Assembly: GCA_964016885.1 (NCBI GenBank)
Contig: OZ024745.1
Coordinates: 123,876,001 to 123,940,000, forward strand
Direction: 5' to 3'
Origin: Eledone cirrhosa
Lineage: Eukaryota
Length of the DNA stretch: 64,000 nucleotides
Shown here: in pieces, positions 1 through 11,281 of the stretch
Position numbering within the stretch: position 1 is the stretch's first letter
How the letters are laid out: every line of letters starts with the position of its first letter
Notes under the pieces: generated by a model
The model's database searches: none
Told to the model about the DNA's origin: nothing
What the model saw: the letters and a program-made list of their open reading frames with translations, nothing else
Translations under genes and position numbers: made by a program

Positions 1-713
1 ATTGACACTCTCCTTTTTCATTGTTGTTTGTACTGGTGAATCATTAAAAGAGTCACCCAGTGCTAGAAATAGTAGCAAAATATCCCTCATATCATGCCCT
101 ACCTTCTTTTTTTTTAAATCATATTTCTAATGAAGTCCACTGCCTGTGATTTTCAATTCATTTTCAAAATAATTAAGAATTTTTATTTTAGTAAAATAAC
201 TACCATATATACTCAAATATAAGCCAACCCCCTATATTATGTCTGAGAAATGAGAAAAAATATTATCAAAACATGACAGATCCTATGTAGTCTCTTTGAT
301 AATTTTATTAATTTCCTGTTTTTTGAGAAAAATGGTCATCAATTATGCTGATTCTCAAATAGCAAATATTGTTGATATCAACATATTTACGCAAATAACA
401 AATATTGCTGATATCCACACATATTTGCAAATTTGCCATTTGAAATGAAAATTCTTAAGCTCAGTAAATATTTCTGAAAACTTTTACTCTTTGTTTTTTG
501 GCTTAATTTTAGTTTTATGGTAAATTATTTCAAAGTAATAATTGAACTGTGCTAAAACAAAGTGAATCCTATGTGATCCTTGCATATGATAGCAAGAAAA
601 AAAATGTGTTTTGCATTATGAAAAAGAAGACAATAGCATCAGGATATCTTAGAAAGGTCATTGACCGTCTTCAAATGTTTATTACCATTCAATATAATCT
701 TCAAAGATAGTCT

Positions 714-1110
714 TTAACCCTTTAACAGTCAGATTATTCTATATTTACTATTATATTTTCTTGGTAAGGCTTTATGTTACATAATTACTGTATTTCCCGG
801 CACCAAAGATGCTTCGTATTGAGGAGGCACCCTAATTTTGACAACCAAAAATTTGAAAAAAAATAATAAACTACTTTCAGCCTCCAGGACGCATGGTAGA
901 TGTTTGAGACTTATTTTGGGAAAAAAGTAGTGTCTTTGATGCCAGGAAATACGGTATCTCACATAATATCAAATCTCTGAGATTTTGATATTGTTTATTT
1001 TGAGAACAATACCCTAACATAAGTATGAATGGCCAGTTATGGCTGGTTTGAACAGAAAGAGGTGAGAGACTTCTGGTCGGATATGGCCGATTTAGATGCT
1101 AAAGGGTTAA
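714..1110. mobile_element. piggyBac-type TTAA MITE (family A) interrupted by a nested Tc1/pogo-type MITE
   Basis: TTAA-CCCTTTAAC...ATGCTAAAGGG-TTAA ends; interior matches the other family A copies apart from an insert at 788-954. Confidence 0.85.
788..954. mobile_element. Tc1/mariner-pogo type MITE with TA target duplication
   Basis: ~25-bp TIRs CTGTATTTCCCGGCACCAAAGATGC / GTGTCTTTGATGCCAGGAAATACGG, flanked by TA on both sides; the empty site in sister MITEs reads CATAATTATCTCAC. Confidence 0.85.
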
Positions 1111-1389
1111 GACATTAACAACTCTATTTCACCGTCTGTAATTGAAATATTTCTGAAAGATGAAATGCCTTTGATCATAGGCCTGCTCTATAAGGGATTA
1201 CTCGGGAACAACAACTGTCAAACAGGCAAGTTGAATTGTTACATTGTATCTGCCTATGGAATTAGAAAGTAGAGCTGAAATTTTTGTCAAATCATTTTTT
1301 TTTAAATTTACATTCTAAAGTGAAACTTTGTTGACTGAACCTCAGAAATGCACATCACCATACCATCAGAATATTAGTGACTGTACATA

Positions 1390-1580
1390 GTTGCTCAGCC
1401 TGCTAAAAATAGCAGCCAAATATCATTCAAATTACATCTTATCATCATGAAGGAAAAAAGATAGAAATGATGAATTGGATAATCGAGTTATGGATAGACT
1501 AAGTCTGAATAGGTGATGGTCTTGGTTGGAATGTCCTTTAAACATAGGTCTGTTGAATCGGACCAAGATAAGGCAAAAAG
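1390..1580 (+). repeat. interspersed repeat (TGCTAGAAATAGCAGCCAAAT...CTTTGATCATAGGTCTG family), probably SINE-like
   Basis: Same motifs recur at ~55-110, 1165-1215, 23510 and 63530-64000. Confidence 0.55.
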
Positions 1581-1718
1581 CAATAAATAAACAAATGAGA
1601 GTAGTTAATAAATGGAAGAAAGCAAACACTTTACATTTGTTCCTTGAAAACAATCCAAATACAAATCAGATGCGAAGGAAAACAGAATCATCAAAGAATT
1701 ACCAAATATTTTAAGGAG

Positions 1719-1976
1719 TTAACCTTAATGATAACCAACTGCTTCAAATCATCATTGATTCTATGATACAAAGCTGCTTGTTTTAAATTGTTTATATTTA
1801 TCTAAAAGCCTTCCATCATAATTTTATGTAAGAACCTTTGTTATGCTTCAAACACTATTTAATAATGAGAAACCTTGTCATTTTACAAAATTCTTCCAAA
1901 TTTTTGTTATTTTCAAAAATAATTTGAAAATCATAGGCAGTGCCTTTCATTTGGAATATAGTAACAAAAGGGTTAT
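1719..1976. mobile_element. older TTAA-flanked MITE (family B)
   Basis: TTAACC...GTAACAAAAGGGTTA ends; interior (CCTTCCATCATAATTTTATGTAAGAACC) recurs at ~3400-3600, 13590-13740, 34740-34970, 35030-35310, 36410-36570, 40330-40926, 44690-46140, 52350-52600, 61295-61960 and 62400-63169. Confidence 0.7.
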
Positions 1977-2214
1977 TTCGAAAGCTAAAAAGCTGGAAAC
2001 TTAGATAAAATTAGTCTAACTTATCACAACTAACTCTAAAATCAAGAAAGTGGCCATGTGGATAATAAGATGGCATTGCAACCAAATGGTTCTGCAGCTG
2101 ACATAACTTGACAGTTATCTGAGAAAATATTTTTGGAAACCGTAGAAGCTCTGTTGAATATATAACTTTGTTCAGATAAACTGAAGTTTTGATGGTTTTA
2201 CATCATGAGTTTCA

Positions 2215-2860
2215 TTAACACTTTAGTGTTCAAATCGCCCAAAATTATTTCCCCTTCATTTGTTCAAACTGCCCAAAATCGCCTGATAACACCCACACTA
2301 AAAAATCGTTCTAAAAATAAACAAACCATCATCAAAATCTCGTCAATTAGAGATTACTGCGAGATTAGGCCCTTACCGCAAAAATTAACACTTAATATAA
2401 AACAACAAGTGTTTTTTTAACTTTGAAAGTACCAATTTTTTTTTGGTATCAACATGGCTTATGAAAGTAGCGATACCGACTTTGAAGGTTTTGCACATGA
2501 CGACATTAAGAATAAACAAGAAACAAACGATAATATTAGTGATTTATCTTCAAATGAATTCAGATGTTTACATTTCTGAAATTTCGTCTGACGATGATTG
2601 TTTTGAAAGTGAAAACGAAGGAGATCTCCAGGACGCCATTGAAAATATTACAGCAACGTGGTTGAAAAATACCACACTAATATATGTTCCCGATTTTATT
2701 CAAAATACTGGTCCAGAAAGCACATTAGTTCCCGATGCTATAGCACTGGATGATTTCTTTTTGTTTTTACGTCAAAATTTCTTTGAAGTTGTAGCAGAAG
2801 TGATTAATCGATATGCCCAACAACAGATTACATAAGACAATTTAAAATCTAAACCAATTA
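2215..2860 (+). pseudogene. piggyBac left end plus frameshifted 5' part of transposase (PGBD4-like N-terminus)
   Basis: TTAA at 2215, then a terminus resembling MITE family A; ATG at 2454 gives MAYESSDTDFEGF, then frameshift into ...VPDFIQNTGPES..PDAIALDDFFLFLRQNFFEVVAEVINRYAQQ, matching the piggyBac F..F...TN.YA motif. Confidence 0.75.
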
Positions 2861-3097
2861 AAAGTATGGCTAGCAGAGGAAAATGGGTGTTAAATGATTA
2901 TGATGATGACAACAATGTATCTTATTTTACAAGGCATGATTATTTTCCTAATTTAAAATATCTATGTCCTTCTGTATTGGATAATGCAAATAAAAGTTAC
3001 TTTATATATTGTGCACCATCTCCTAAAAGAAGTGCTTCACTGTATCTGTTGTACACTATATCTGTTGTTAGGTGTCTGACAAAATCTGTTGACCAGT

Positions 3098-3326
3098 TTA
3101 ACCCTTTAACATTTACATTACTCTATATTTACTATTATATTTTTGTGGTAAAGTCTTTATCTTACATAATTATCTCACATAATATGGAATCTGCAAGATT
3201 TTGATGTTATTTAATTTGAGAACAATACCTTAACGCCAGAATGAGCAGCCAATTACGGCCAGTTTAAACAGAAAAAGGTGAGAGAATTATGGCTGGATAT
3301 GGCCAGTTTAAATGCTGAAAGGTTAA
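3098..3326. mobile_element. piggyBac-type MITE family A
   Basis: TTAA-CCCTTTAACATTTACATTACTC...AAATGCTGAAAGG-TTAA. Confidence 0.85.
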
Positions 3327-3894
3327 CACTATGATTTAGCCTTGATTGCCTTTAATCCATTCATCTCCATATTTCTCTTGAAAGACTCTGGCTAAGGCTT
3401 TCAAGTAATTTCTAAAATAATCAACAATTTGAAGATATTAAATAAAATAACTCTCTCATTATTAAGTCAGTGTTTTGAACAAACATTAATAGAAGGTTCT
3501 TACATAAAATTCTGGTGGAAGCTTTTTAAGTAAATAGAAACATTTAAAAATAAATATTGTTGCATCCTAGAACCAAGTTCAGTTTCAGGTAGTTTGATAT
3601 TCAGACATGAGTATATCTCATGTCTGAATGAAATGAAAGAACCAGGGTATTTTCCTTCCCTTTACTCTGCAGTCTCAGAGTTTCCTGCAGAATCAATATG
3701 CTTGGAGCAAAGGTAGGGGCCATAAAATAGGTTTTCTTCTCTATTACATAAACAAGAAATTAGGGGCTGAGTGGATGCCAGAGTTGAAACATGCCAAAAA
3801 TATAATTTATTTTATGGGTTTTTTTTAATGTAAATTCACAGGTTATTTCGTTTCATAAAAGTATTCCATGACATTTTGCAAACTTTCCTTTTTA

Positions 3895-4238
3895 TCATCA
3901 TCATCATCATCATCATTTTACGTCTGCTTTTCCCTGCTTGCAAGGGGGGGACGGGGACTGATTCTGGTTTGATTTCTATAGCTGGATGCCCTTCCTAACA
4001 CCAACCCCATTTACAGTGAGTGCTGGGTGCTTTTTTGCCGTGGCACCTCCACGACCACTTTGCAGTGGAATGATAGGGACCCCAGTCCCTATCATCTCAT
4101 TTCTACAGCTGAGTAAACTGGAGCAATGTGAAATAAAGTGTCTTGCTCAAGGAAACAACACATCACCCGGTCTGAGAATTGAACTCACAACCTTTTGATT
4201 GCAAGGCCAATGCTCTAACCACTAAGCCATGTGCCTCC
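3895..4238 (-). mobile_element. tRNA-derived SINE with RTE-derived 3' tail
   Basis: Minus strand GGAGGCACATGGCTTAGTGG (A box), GAGTTCAATTC (B box), core TCCTTGAGCAAGACACTTT, then RTE 3'UTR and (GAT)n. Confidence 0.85.
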
Positions 4239-4395
4239 ATGAATATGTAAATTATGTTGCCATCAAAATGTTAAGTAAATTGCATTATTTTACATTTAAT
4301 AGCAGGTTACTTTGATAATGTAACATATTATGAATAAAAATTATGTGTGTATGTGTGCAGTAGATATTAGATAATTATTCATATACATACTCACA

Positions 4396-5295
4396 TCTAT
4401 ATATATAAAACTGAGGATGTCTGTGTGTGTGTGAGTTCGAATCCTTAAAACTAGAGAACCACCCAACCAACTGTTTTCAAACTTTACACATGTAATACTT
4501 ATGTTTCAGGGAGTGTTCTGAGCAAAAAAAAATTCCAAATTTTCAATGCCCTAGGGACAGTATTAGCCAATTTAGCGATCTCGCTCTATAATTCTTAGTC
4601 TTTCTCTTTTTAGATACATACATATAACGTCACACCCTTATAATATCTGTCTGTATGCCTGGCTGTCTACATTATGTCACTTCCCTGAGGATGTCTGTGT
4701 GTGTGTGTGTGAGTTTGAATCCTTAAAACTCAAGAAGTACCCAACCGATTTTTTTCAAACTTTACATATATATTACTGATGTTTTCGACTTTTTTTTATC
4801 TCCTAGGGCCCACATTAGGTGAAAAACTGTATTTTTTTTTATTTTTAGGTTTTTCTTTTAGGCATTACGTCAGACCGATTTCCTTGAAATTGTAACTATG
4901 TATTAGTCAGTCTCTTCTTCATACCGTAAGCAAAGAAAATCCAACGTTCTTATGGCCTACGGCGCACATTAGGTGAAAAACTTCATTCTTTCAGCTTCTT
5001 AGGGCTTTTTGGAGGCGTAACGTCTAGCTGATTTTTCCCGAAATTTAAAGGCATATTATGCACATAAAAAAAATTCATTTTCTTGATCCCCTTATGTATG
5101 TCCCTAGGGCATTAGGTGAAAACCTGCATTTTTCCTGCTTCATTGAGGAAAATCTTAAAGATTATCCAGCCATCAGAGTATTCAGTTTCTTTTCTTTACA
5201 TATTGTCCAGGCATGCAGTTTTTCCACGATTAGGTCTGTTGGCGGCCCACGTTCCAAAATACCTTATCTCGTGCAACGCCGGGTACCACTGCTAG
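4396..5295 (+). mobile_element. non-autonomous Helitron
   Basis: A|TCTATATATATAAAA 5' end, subterminal hairpin CTCGTGCAACGCCGGG, CTAG|T 3' end, internal duplication of the 5' block; relatives at 23886 and 56298. Confidence 0.8.
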
Positions 5296-5557
5296 TACTA
5301 AATAAAATTAGTATATATGTAGGTGTAGATATATTTGTGGGTGTATGAGTATATTTGCATTTGACATATAGGTGGGTGTATTTACAAGTATATAATGTAC
5401 AGTGGCTGCATTATATTTAGTTACTATAATCAATTATTACTAAAAGACTGCTGGTGATATGAAAATATATTTCTAACATGAGATATAAAACATTAGATGT
5501 ATGCAAGTATGTATGTATGTATATATACACACACACACACACACACATATATATAGA

Positions 5558-5845
5558 GGAGGCACGTGGCTTAGTGGTTAGAGCATTGGCTTTGCAATCG
5601 AAAGGTTGTGAGTTCAATTCTCAGACCGGGTGATGTGTTGTTTCCTTGAGCAAGACACTTTATTTCACATTGCTCCAGTTTACTCAGCTGTAGAAATGAG
5701 ATGATAGGGACTGATGATTCCACTGCAAAGTGGTCGTGGAGGTGCCATGGCAAAAAAAACACCTAGCACTCACTGTAAATGAGGTTGGTGTTAGGAAGGG
5801 CATCCAGCTGTAGAAATCAAGCCAGAATAATTTCCCATCCCACCC
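5558..5845 (+). mobile_element. tRNA-derived SINE with RTE-derived tail
   Basis: Near-identical to 3895-4238 (inverted) and 48104-48504. Confidence 0.85.
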
Positions 5846-6153
5846 ATGGCTTAGTGGTTAAAGTGCTGAGCTTGCAATTATGAGGTTGTTAATTCAGTTC
5901 TCAGCAAGACACTTTATTTCAATTTGTTCCAGTTTACTCAGCTGTAGAAATGAGTTGCGACGTCACTGCTGCCAAGCTGTATTGGTCATTGCCTTTCCCT
6001 TGGACAACATTAATATTGTGGAAAAGAGAGACCGGTATGCATGGGTGACTGCTGGTCTTCAACAAACAACCTTGCCCAGACTTGTACCCCGGAGGAGAAC
6101 TTTCTATGTGCAAATTCCATGGTCACTCATGACTGAAGGGGGTCTTTCTTTAC

Positions 6154-6157
<4 letters not shown>
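5846..6157 (+). mobile_element. tRNA-derived SINE, same head/core, different tail
   Basis: CATGGCTTAGTGGTT head and AGCAAGACACTTTATTTC...CAGCTGTAGAAATGAG core, then an unrelated ~200-bp tail ending at (TA)n. Confidence 0.7.
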
Positions 6158-6232
<75 letters not shown>

Positions 6233-7139
6233 TACATCAGTTCTTTAGAATCAGACAGTCTTGCCCAGGTAGCCTAGATTTGTGTTTTAGCCTCAACTGC
6301 CAATTTTACTCTAAAATGACATAGTAGCATTCCCTGAAGTTTCGCTCATAGATTGAACGACACTCCAGCTTGTCCCTTCTACCCTGTAAATCTCAATCAG
6401 TTGACTGACTCAATATGTTTTACACTGAAATTTCTTCACCTGTTTCACAGTTATTATCATGCTTTTTGCCTCACAACACCAACAATTATTTTTTTGGTTG
6501 TTTTCCTTTCTATGAGCCACATATGAAGCTTCTCCCTTTTCCTCTATCATCTACATTCCACTTAACCAAATCTAGGGCTTTCATTTCCTCCTTTTCATCT
6601 TTAGCCATGTCTTTCTTGGTCTTCCTCTTCTTCTCTGCATGAGAAGACATCTGACTATAGAACATAGCCTCAAAAAGGACGCCATGATGAGTAAGGTTAT
6701 TTTTTCAAAGCTGAAAACAACTATAATCTTTGAAAGACAAACTGCAAATTTATATTTATAGCATTCACTTTGTTATGTAGCTTGCAAATGGAAATTCATA
6801 TTTAAAAATGAAAAATGAACAAAAAAAAAGAAAGCTTTTTGGAGCTTTACTGCTGCTTTGGCCTTTAAAATTGTTTTAGATAATAATATTGTTTCCAAAA
6901 CTTGTCTGTTTATTATTCCAAAATTGTATTCTACGATACATGCACGCACACAAAGAATATATTAAATTCATGTTATGTTGTTGATGTTGTTCTACTTTTT
7001 CTTTGCCTTCATTTTTGTTTTCTCTTCCTCCATTTCCTCTTTTTTATCTATTTCTTCTTATTTTTATTATTTCCCATTCTCCAGTTAATAGTTCCACTGC
7101 ACAAATAAATATTTATTAAACATATGGATATGGGTTTGT

Positions 7140-7174
<35 letters not shown>

Positions 7175-7355
7175 CATACACCTATACCATTGTTTCAAAG
7201 GCCAAAATGGATGAGTGCACTTAAGAACAAAACCTCTGGCCCTCATTTAGTACCATAGTTTTGCAGCCATAATAAAATATACACTGATCTACCAATTTAT
7301 TCAGATTGTTTCTTCCATCCACACAGCCAAACCTATACATGAATCTATCTACCTA

Positions 7356-7394
<39 letters not shown>

Positions 7395-7397
7395 TTC

Positions 7398-7608
7398 GAT
7401 CGACTTTTGTCAAATCGGACCGAGGAAACAATGTTTCAATGGGTCTTTCCAATTGCTAATACTATCTATCGGTCGCAACTCCAGGTAGAAGGAGCAACGT
7501 GAAATAAAGTGTCTTGCCTAAGGACATAACGCATCACCCGGTCCAAGTTTCGAACTCACAACCTCACAATTGTGAATCCAATTCTCTAATCACTCAGCCA
7601 TGTGCCTT
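7398..7608 (-). mobile_element. tRNA-derived SINE, same head/core, third tail type
   Basis: Minus strand GGCACATGGCTGAGTG, GAGTTCGAAAC, GCAAGACACTTTATTTCACGTTGCTCC. Confidence 0.7.
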
Positions 7609-7611
7609 CAC

Positions 7612-7643
<32 letters not shown>

Positions 7644-7742
7644 GTATAGGCATATACGATGATAGATATAAGTAGGGGATCCAATCCTCATTCCAAGGTG
7701 TCAAAAGTCCCATGGTCTAACAATGAGGTCTTTTTTATAACT

Positions 7743-8115
7743 CATCATCATCATAGCCATCATTCTGTACATCCTTTTTTTCTATGCATGCATGGGTTGG
7801 ACAGGTCCTTTTCAGCACACCATGTCTCCACTTGTCCCATTCCTTCACCATCTCCTCTGTGAGTCTCTACTAGTTGAGATCAGCTCTCTCCCCTTCTACC
7901 TAGGTCTTTCTTGGTTTACCTCTACTGCGGCTTCCTTCCAATGAGATTTCCTCTCACTTATTCACCCAGCGATCATCATCCATACTCAGTCTTCTCTTTT
8001 GCACATCACTTCAGATTCCTCTTAAACCCAGCTTCTCCCTCAGGTCTGCCACAGCCCATGTTTCACTACCATGGCAGCATCACACTTCACACACAGACAT
8101 CATAGAGTTATCTTT
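7743..8115 (-). mobile_element. degenerate RTE LINE 3' end
   Basis: (CAT)n tail and similarity to the GRPRKTW-encoding end of better-preserved copies. Confidence 0.6.
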
Positions 8116-8154
8116 TTGTATGTAAGTAAAAATGCTGCATCAATACAGTAGTTA

Positions 8155-8185
<31 letters not shown>

Positions 8186-8194
<9 letters not shown>

Positions 8195-8445
8195 GAAAAA
8201 TCAGTGATGCATCTGGTCTCAATTGTGTTACAATTGTTTCGCCGGCGGACAGCTCGAGACGCGATCATTGTGGGGATCTGTCTGATTCTGGACCAGCAGG
8301 TTCGACGGACATGTCTAATGATTTCGGAGCATATTCTTCCACTGATTTTTCGTTTTATATAATATCATACTCTGCTCTGTAAGAGCATAGAGTGCTCAAC
8401 CGGCAAACCGCCTATGGAAGCATCTTAGCTCCCATCCGGCACACA
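8186..8445 (-). mobile_element. Penelope-like non-coding insert in (TA)n with hammerhead-like motif (variant core)
   Basis: Inverted repeats TATAAAACGAAAAATCAGTG / CACTGATTTTTCGTTTTATA; minus strand CCGTCGA...CGAAAC-AATT-GTA. Confidence 0.4.
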
Positions 8446-8470
8446 TATATATATATATATATTCATATAT

Positions 8471-8892
8471 CATCATCATCATCGTTTAACGTCTATCTTC
8501 CACGCTAGCATGGGTTTAGACGGGAATTGTCCCACTTGAGGCAAGATTGGTCGGGAGACCGTGTCTTGCTCATATAGGACTGTCTGGCAGGTTTTCTACG
8601 GCTGATACCCTTCCTAACACCAACCACATTTACAGTGTGGACTGGGAGATTTTAACGTGTTACCTACACGGCCACATTACAGCGTGGAGTGTGTGTTTTT
8701 TTTGTTGTGACACCTACACAACCTCATTTATTTAGGACTGGATGTTGTGGTACCAACATAACTTTACAGAGAAAGGGATGGTGTGGATGGGGGGTGTATT
8801 TTTGGTTAAGAGGTGCCTACTGACTAGGTTTTGCTTTGTACTTAGGCATGGCGGATCTTCTGTATTACTGTGTAGCGCCAAAGATCTCGGAG
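8471..8892 (-). mobile_element. RTE LINE 3'UTR
   Basis: High similarity to 16082-16510 and 24854-25290. Confidence 0.85.
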
Positions 8893-8907
8893 ATAGAGAG
8901 AGAGAAA

Positions 8908-9720
8908 GATGTAAATCTGAGCTTTTTGAATATCAATAAAAAATATTTGATTCATTTGCAATTATGCAAACAGCCTCTTTAAGCCATGTAATTAGAATGA
9001 ACCCCATCTTACCTACAAACTGTCAGAGCTAGTAAGAATATATATTTTCTGGAATTTACACTGACTGATCGGTAAGCAGTATACAATACTGATGAAGGGT
9101 AATCACCCAGAAACATTAGTGCCTGCTGTCCTGTTTATATGCCAACACAAGAGCAAGAATTACGGAGTCATTCTACTGACATGGCTTTAAAAAGTTTAAT
9201 TGCAAACAAATCAAATATTATTATTAATAATCAAAAAGCTCAGATTTACATTTTTTGTATTCAGTCATATAGAGCGATAAAACTATTTGTTAGTTATTTA
9301 ACTGTGGCAAAGGCGGCAACAAATTGTTCATATACTGGCCTATCTGCTGATATGCAAATCTGGCTGATCAGTGAGCCTGCTAATATGCAGATCTGACTGA
9401 TCAGCCAATCTGCTAATATGCAAATCAGGCCGATCAGTCACACTGTACTCCAGGAAATATCATATATTTTCACTAGTTCTGACAGTGGGCAAGTAAGCAG
9501 TATACGGTACTGATGAAGGGAAATCACCCAGAAACATTAGTGTTTGCCGTTCTGTTTATATGCCAACACAAGAGCAAGAATGACGGAGTCATTCTAATTA
9601 CATGGATTAAAGAGGCTGTTTGCATAATTGCAAATGAATCGAATATTATCATTAATATTCAAAAAGCTCGGATTTACATTTCTTGTATTCTACCATGTAG
9701 AGCGATAAAACTATTTGTTA
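8908..9720 (+). mobile_element. retrozyme/Penelope-like non-autonomous element: ~421-bp tandem unit with two hammerhead motifs and an inverted 5' extension
   Basis: 9072-9292 and 9493-9720 are direct repeats; 8908-9000 is the reverse complement of 9589-9680; 9008-9072 is the reverse complement of 9430-9497. Confidence 0.75.
9504..9550 (+). ncRNA. type I hammerhead ribozyme
   Basis: Stem I ACGGTA/TGCCGT, CTGATGA, stem II GGG/CCC, GAAA, stem III ACA-TTAG-TGT, predicted cleavage after GUU at 9544; degenerate twin at 9083-9129. Confidence 0.75.
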
Positions 9721-9740
9721 TATATATATATATATATATG

Positions 9741-9801
<61 letters not shown>

Positions 9802-10024
9802 CACACACGTGTATGTAATGATTTATAACCTGTAAACATTGCTTTAGAACTCATGACTCAGTTCATTGTAAAATTGGATTGCTTGGTGTGTGTAATGGAG
9901 ATGTATAAATGCAGTGACCTCCCCTGACATGATTAGAGAGCATGCACAGTGTCAGTTATGATGGTTTCAGACTTGTTTTAGACTAAGATTGAAAAATAGT
10001 TTCTTTGAACAAGATAACTAGCTG

Positions 10025-10272
10025 GTCATACATATAGAACAAACTACCTGCATCAGTTGTTAGCTGTTGGGACACTGCATTCTTCAAAACTTCCATGCTT
10101 TCCGAAATTTGCCAACACTACACCTGATATTTCCCCTCCATACACATACATGCATGTGTCTGTGTATATCATGACTCATACTCTGTCTAATTTCCAGGCA
10201 TTTGTACATTATTTTAAGTACTATACATGCACCTTTGATGAGTTGTAGTGCACCTAAGCACTGTACACAATA
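10025..10272 (+). mobile_element. CR1-like LINE 3' end
   Basis: Matches the reverse complement of 39419-39860 (NKLPASVV region and GAGTTGTAGTGCACC tail). Confidence 0.7.
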
Positions 10273-10279
10273 ATTTTCA

Positions 10280-10462
10280 TTTGGCAGTATTGGTAGAGGG
10301 TCGGACGCCATGCTTTGACGTATAGATTAACGGCCCTTGCCATTCTGAGTTCAAATCCCGCCGAGGTTAACTTTGCCTTTCATCCTTACGGGGTCGATAA
10401 AATAAAGTACCAGTAATGTACTGGGTAATTGCTGGACTTGTACCAAAAGTAGAAACAATTAT
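10280..10462 (+). mobile_element. tRNA-derived SINE with Deu/Nin-like domain
   Basis: GAGTTCAAATCC B box, GCCTTTCATCCTTACGGGGTCGATAAAATAAAGTACCAG core; sisters at 10730, 20840(-), 39482(-), 40420, 42702, 43122, 54040 and 62178. Confidence 0.8.
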
Positions 10463-11281
10463 TAGATCAGTGTGATACATAGAAATCTGTCAATTTTTAT
10501 TATCTTAATTTTAACTGCTCCCTTTCTCTATCATATCATTTTTTTTTTTTATATTATCAAGTATTTAATCTCATTGCTTTCAGGTTTACTTACTCTAAAA
10601 TATATTTATGTATTTGTACGTTTGATTTTGATTTTTGATAAGTTTTTATACCAGGATTGGAACTTTTTTTATTTATTATGATCATTTTATTTACTCTGTT
10701 CAAAAGATCTTGCTATATATTTAATGGTATCCATCGAAATTCTGAGTTTAAATCTTGCCAGTGTTAACTTTGCCTTTCATCCTTCCGGGGTTGGTTATTA
10801 GAGAAAACTAGGCTTGATTTAATCAGCTATGCCTCTCCAAAGCATGTGTGAATATGTGCCTTAGTTAGAAATCAATACCTCTTCTGTGATTGCCTATACA
10901 AAAATCTGGTGCTGATCCATTAAAGATTTTCTAGCTTTAAGTGTTTACATATCTTTCCTTGTTCTTATGCATGGAATAATGTAATAAAGCCACTTATTCC
11001 ACCCACAAACTAAAAGAGTTCTAAAAGCATACATTTCTGTGTACATTTACTGGATGTTTTGGGGGGAGTTTTTTCTTGATATTTTGCATGATGCTGTAGA
11101 CATACAGAAGTGGAACTTGTTACATCATTTGCCTTAGAAATATTCTCTCCAAGATTAAACATGAATTTCTCTCAGACTTCTCTAGTTAACAGCTACTTGT
11201 GTCTGCCAGGTAGCAATAAGGCTATAAAAACATGCCTTCCTCTTTATAATTATTATTATATTGTTGTGTTAAGAAAAGGAA

